From assembly GCA_050011435.1 (NCBI GenBank), contig JBEKJC010000008.1:75941-139940 (forward strand): a stretch of 64,000 nt of DNA. Reading direction: 5' to 3'. Positions 61,690-64,000 of this stretch are shown one piece after another. The DNA is from Candidatus Binataceae bacterium (lineage in GTDB: Bacteria > Desulfobacterota > Binatia > Binatales > Binataceae). The position numbers and the translations under genes were made by a program. The notes beneath the pieces are model-generated. The model did not search any database, had not been told where the DNA came from, and worked only from the letters and a program-made list of their open reading frames with translations. Numbering within the stretch: the first letter of the stretch is position 1; each line of letters begins with the position of its first letter.

Positions 61690-64000
61690 ATTTCTCGTCC
61701 CTGCGGATCGGCGACTTCGTCCTTCGCTTCAGGGCAATAATCGGCGGAATCCTGCTACTGATCAGCGCGATCCTGGGCTACTACTGCACGCAGGTCACGG
61801 TCGCGACCAAGTTTGACGATTTCTTTCCAACTTACCATCAGAACGTCAAGCTCTACCACGAGTGGCAGAAATACGGCGGTGCGCAAACGCTGTCGGTGAT
61901 GATTCAGGTCAAGAACGGGGACATCTTCAATTATGACACGCTGAAGAAGATCCAGGGCATTCAGTACGACGTCGACAAGTTGCCCGGGGTTGACCACAAC
62001 GAGGTGCTGTCACTGGCCTCGTATCGCGTGAGCTACTCCGAAGCGACGCCCGGTTCCCTGAACATCAAGCCCTTCATGTTCCCGGAGGTGCCGAAGACTC
62101 CGGAGGGCATCGCGACGCTCAAAAAGTTCGTTTTGGCGAACCTGTCAAACATCTCACAATATGTCAGTTCAGACCTGAAGAGCGCGGTGGTCAAGGCGTC
62201 GTTCAACGAGCGGGGCCTGGACTACAAGACGCTGTTCACCCAGGTCCAGGATATCGTCCACAGATACGAGGATGCGAACGTAGATATCCTGATCGCGGGC
62301 GAGCCGATCATCCGCGGCTACGGTTACTATTATGAACCGACCGTCGGCGTGCTGTTCCTGATTGCAGTCGGGGTCATGATTCTGATCCTGTGGCTGACCG
62401 GCGGCCAACGGAGCCGCTGGTGGGCGCCGATCGTGACTGGAGCGCTGTCGGCGGTGTGGGGCCTCGGGTTTGTCGGGGTAATGAAGTACGACTTCGATCC
62501 GGTGATGCTGGTTATTCCATTCATCTTGACCGCCCGTGACATGAGTCATGGTATTCAGTGGCAGGGCCGCTATCACGATGAGCTGGATCGGCTGGGGGAC
62601 AAATACGCCGCCTGTGCGGCGACCACCGACTTCATGTTGCCGCCGGGACTGCTGTCGATTCTGGCGGACATCAGCGGCATCATCTTTATCTCGTTCGGCG
62701 GTATTCCGGTGCTGCAGCACATCGCGTTGGCCGGTACGGTATGGCTCGCCGGTTCGCTCACGATGGTATTCATCTTCCAGCCTATCTTGATGAGCTACCT
62801 GCCGATACCGGAGGTCAAGCACAAGCATGCGGGTAAGCCGAGCGGGATGAGGAAGTCGATCGGGGACGGGCTCGAATGGTTTGTGCATGTCCCGACGAAT
62901 CCGGGCACGCTGCGCAAGGTTCTGCTGGGGGCGGCGGCCTTTTTCCTGGTCTATGGGGTGATCGCGGGGGCGAAGGCAAGGATCGGCTATGCCAGTTCAG
63001 GCACGCCGCTCTACAAACAAAATGCGAAGGTGAATCAGGATATCCGCGCGGTTGGCAAGAAGTTCCCGCTCGAAGAGGCATGGGTAATCCTGAAGACGCC
63101 GCCGTATCCGGACAAACAGTCGGTTCTGGGTCCTGAAGTATTGCGCATGGTTGATGATATGCGCGCCTACCTTTTCCAGAATCCGAAGGTGGCCGAGGTC
63201 GAGGAATTCTCATCAACGGTTTCGGCGTCGCTCAACCAGAAGTTCCATTACGGCTATCCAAAATACCTGGCGATGCCGGATTCGCAAGAGATGTCGGGTA
63301 ATCTCTGGTTCCTGTTCATTAACGGATCGGCACCGGGCGAGCTGGAGCGCTATATCTCGAACCGTCTGAGCGATGACACCTGTATTCGGATTTTGCTGAA
63401 GGATCACACGTACGACACGCTGAACGAAATTCGCGAAAACATCAAAACTTTCGTCGCGCAGCGAGTCAGCAGTGATCCGGCGCTGAGCAATGTTAAGGTG
63501 CTCTACGTTGGCGGTATTGCCGGCCTGTACCTTGGCGCCAACGACGTGCTCAAGCAGCTCGACTTCCTCAACATCACGTTCGTGCTGGCAGTGGTCTGGA
63601 TGTTCTGCCTGTTCTCCTTCCGATCCTTTGTGGCGGCCTTCATGTTCCTGTTCGCCTGCGTCTTGGCCAACTTCGGCGCGTTCATTTACATGAACATCCG
63701 CGGTATCGGACTGACTATCGATACCATCCCGGTCATTTCTCTGGGTATCGGACTGGGCGTTGACTACGGCATCTATATGATTGCCCGAATTCGCGACGAA
63801 GTGATGGGCGGCATGGAGGTCGATGACGCCGTCGTACTCGCGCTCAAGTCCACGGGGGTCGCGGTGTTCAACACCTTCCTGGTCATGATCGGCGGCATCT
63901 TCCCGTGGATCTTCTCGCCGCTTCTGTTCCACAGCCAGATGAGCACGCTACTGATCTTCCTGATGGGCACGAACATGATCGCCGGTTGTATCATCCTGCC
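61671..64000 (+). CDS. MMPL/RND-family transporter (3'-partial), paralog of 20295-22694
   Basis: Not in the ORF track because it runs off the window end. MASSSVNFSSLRIGD..., ATKFDDFFP, HGIQWQGRY, GIGLGVDYGIY. Confidence 0.9.
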   Translation, partial: MASSSVNFSSLRIGDFVLRFRAIIGGILLLISAILGYYCTQVTVATKFDDFFPTYHQNVKLYHEWQKYGGAQTLSVMIQVKNGDIFNYDTLKKIQGIQYDVDKLPGVDHNEVLSLASYRVSYSEATPGSLNIKPFMFPEVPKTPEGIATLKKFVLANLSNISQYVSSDLKSAVVKASFNERGLDYKTLFTQVQDIVHRYEDANVDILIAGEPIIRGYGYYYEPTVGVLFLIAVGVMILILWLTGGQRSRWWAPIVTGALSAVWGLGFVGVMKYDFDPVMLVIPFILTARDMSHGIQWQGRYHDELDRLGDKYAACAATTDFMLPPGLLSILADISGIIFISFGGIPVLQHIALAGTVWLAGSLTMVFIFQPILMSYLPIPEVKHKHAGKPSGMRKSIGDGLEWFVHVPTNPGTLRKVLLGAAAFFLVYGVIAGAKARIGYASSGTPLYKQNAKVNQDIRAVGKKFPLEEAWVILKTPPYPDKQSVLGPEVLRMVDDMRAYLFQNPKVAEVEEFSSTVSASLNQKFHYGYPKYLAMPDSQEMSGNLWFLFINGSAPGELERYISNRLSDDTCIRILLKDHTYDTLNEIRENIKTFVAQRVSSDPALSNVKVLYVGGIAGLYLGANDVLKQLDFLNITFVLAVVWMFCLFSFRSFVAAFMFLFACVLANFGAFIYMNIRGIGLTIDTIPVISLGIGLGVDYGIYMIARIRDEVMGGMEVDDAVVLALKSTGVAVFNTFLVMIGGIFPWIFSPLLFHSQMSTLLIFLMGTNMIAGCIIL

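Overview
GC-rich bacterial chromosomal window with no rRNA, tRNA, CRISPR array or intact transposase that I can see. The gene mix (many CoA-dependent catabolic enzymes, DUF1329/YCF48/RND paralogs, an adenylate cyclase-AAA-TPR gene) is reminiscent of Candidatus Binatia-like soil bacteria, but that assignment is only an inference. It holds about 50 CDS: convergent Ku and LigD, flavin/CoA catabolic genes (including two 6-oxocamphor-hydrolase-like crotonases), msrA, queC, murF, purE and a twice-broken cyclase-AAA-TPR pseudogene. There is a perfect parS palindrome at 36456-36471. The most striking structure is a modular dispersed repeat family that fills many intergenic gaps from 38.1 to 53.6 kb, just downstream of parS, and that I did not find elsewhere in the window. 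Its core is a 22-23 bp palindrome, CTGAAACCTC-N2/3-GAGGTTTCAG (12 full copies, 3 half copies), with compensatory stem changes. It also has a GC-GNA-GC mini-hairpin, a 133-bp unit present in 2, 1 or 0 copies, and inverted end-pairs, one of which brackets a foreign-looking orphan gene. No recognisable mobilising enzyme is encoded in the window.
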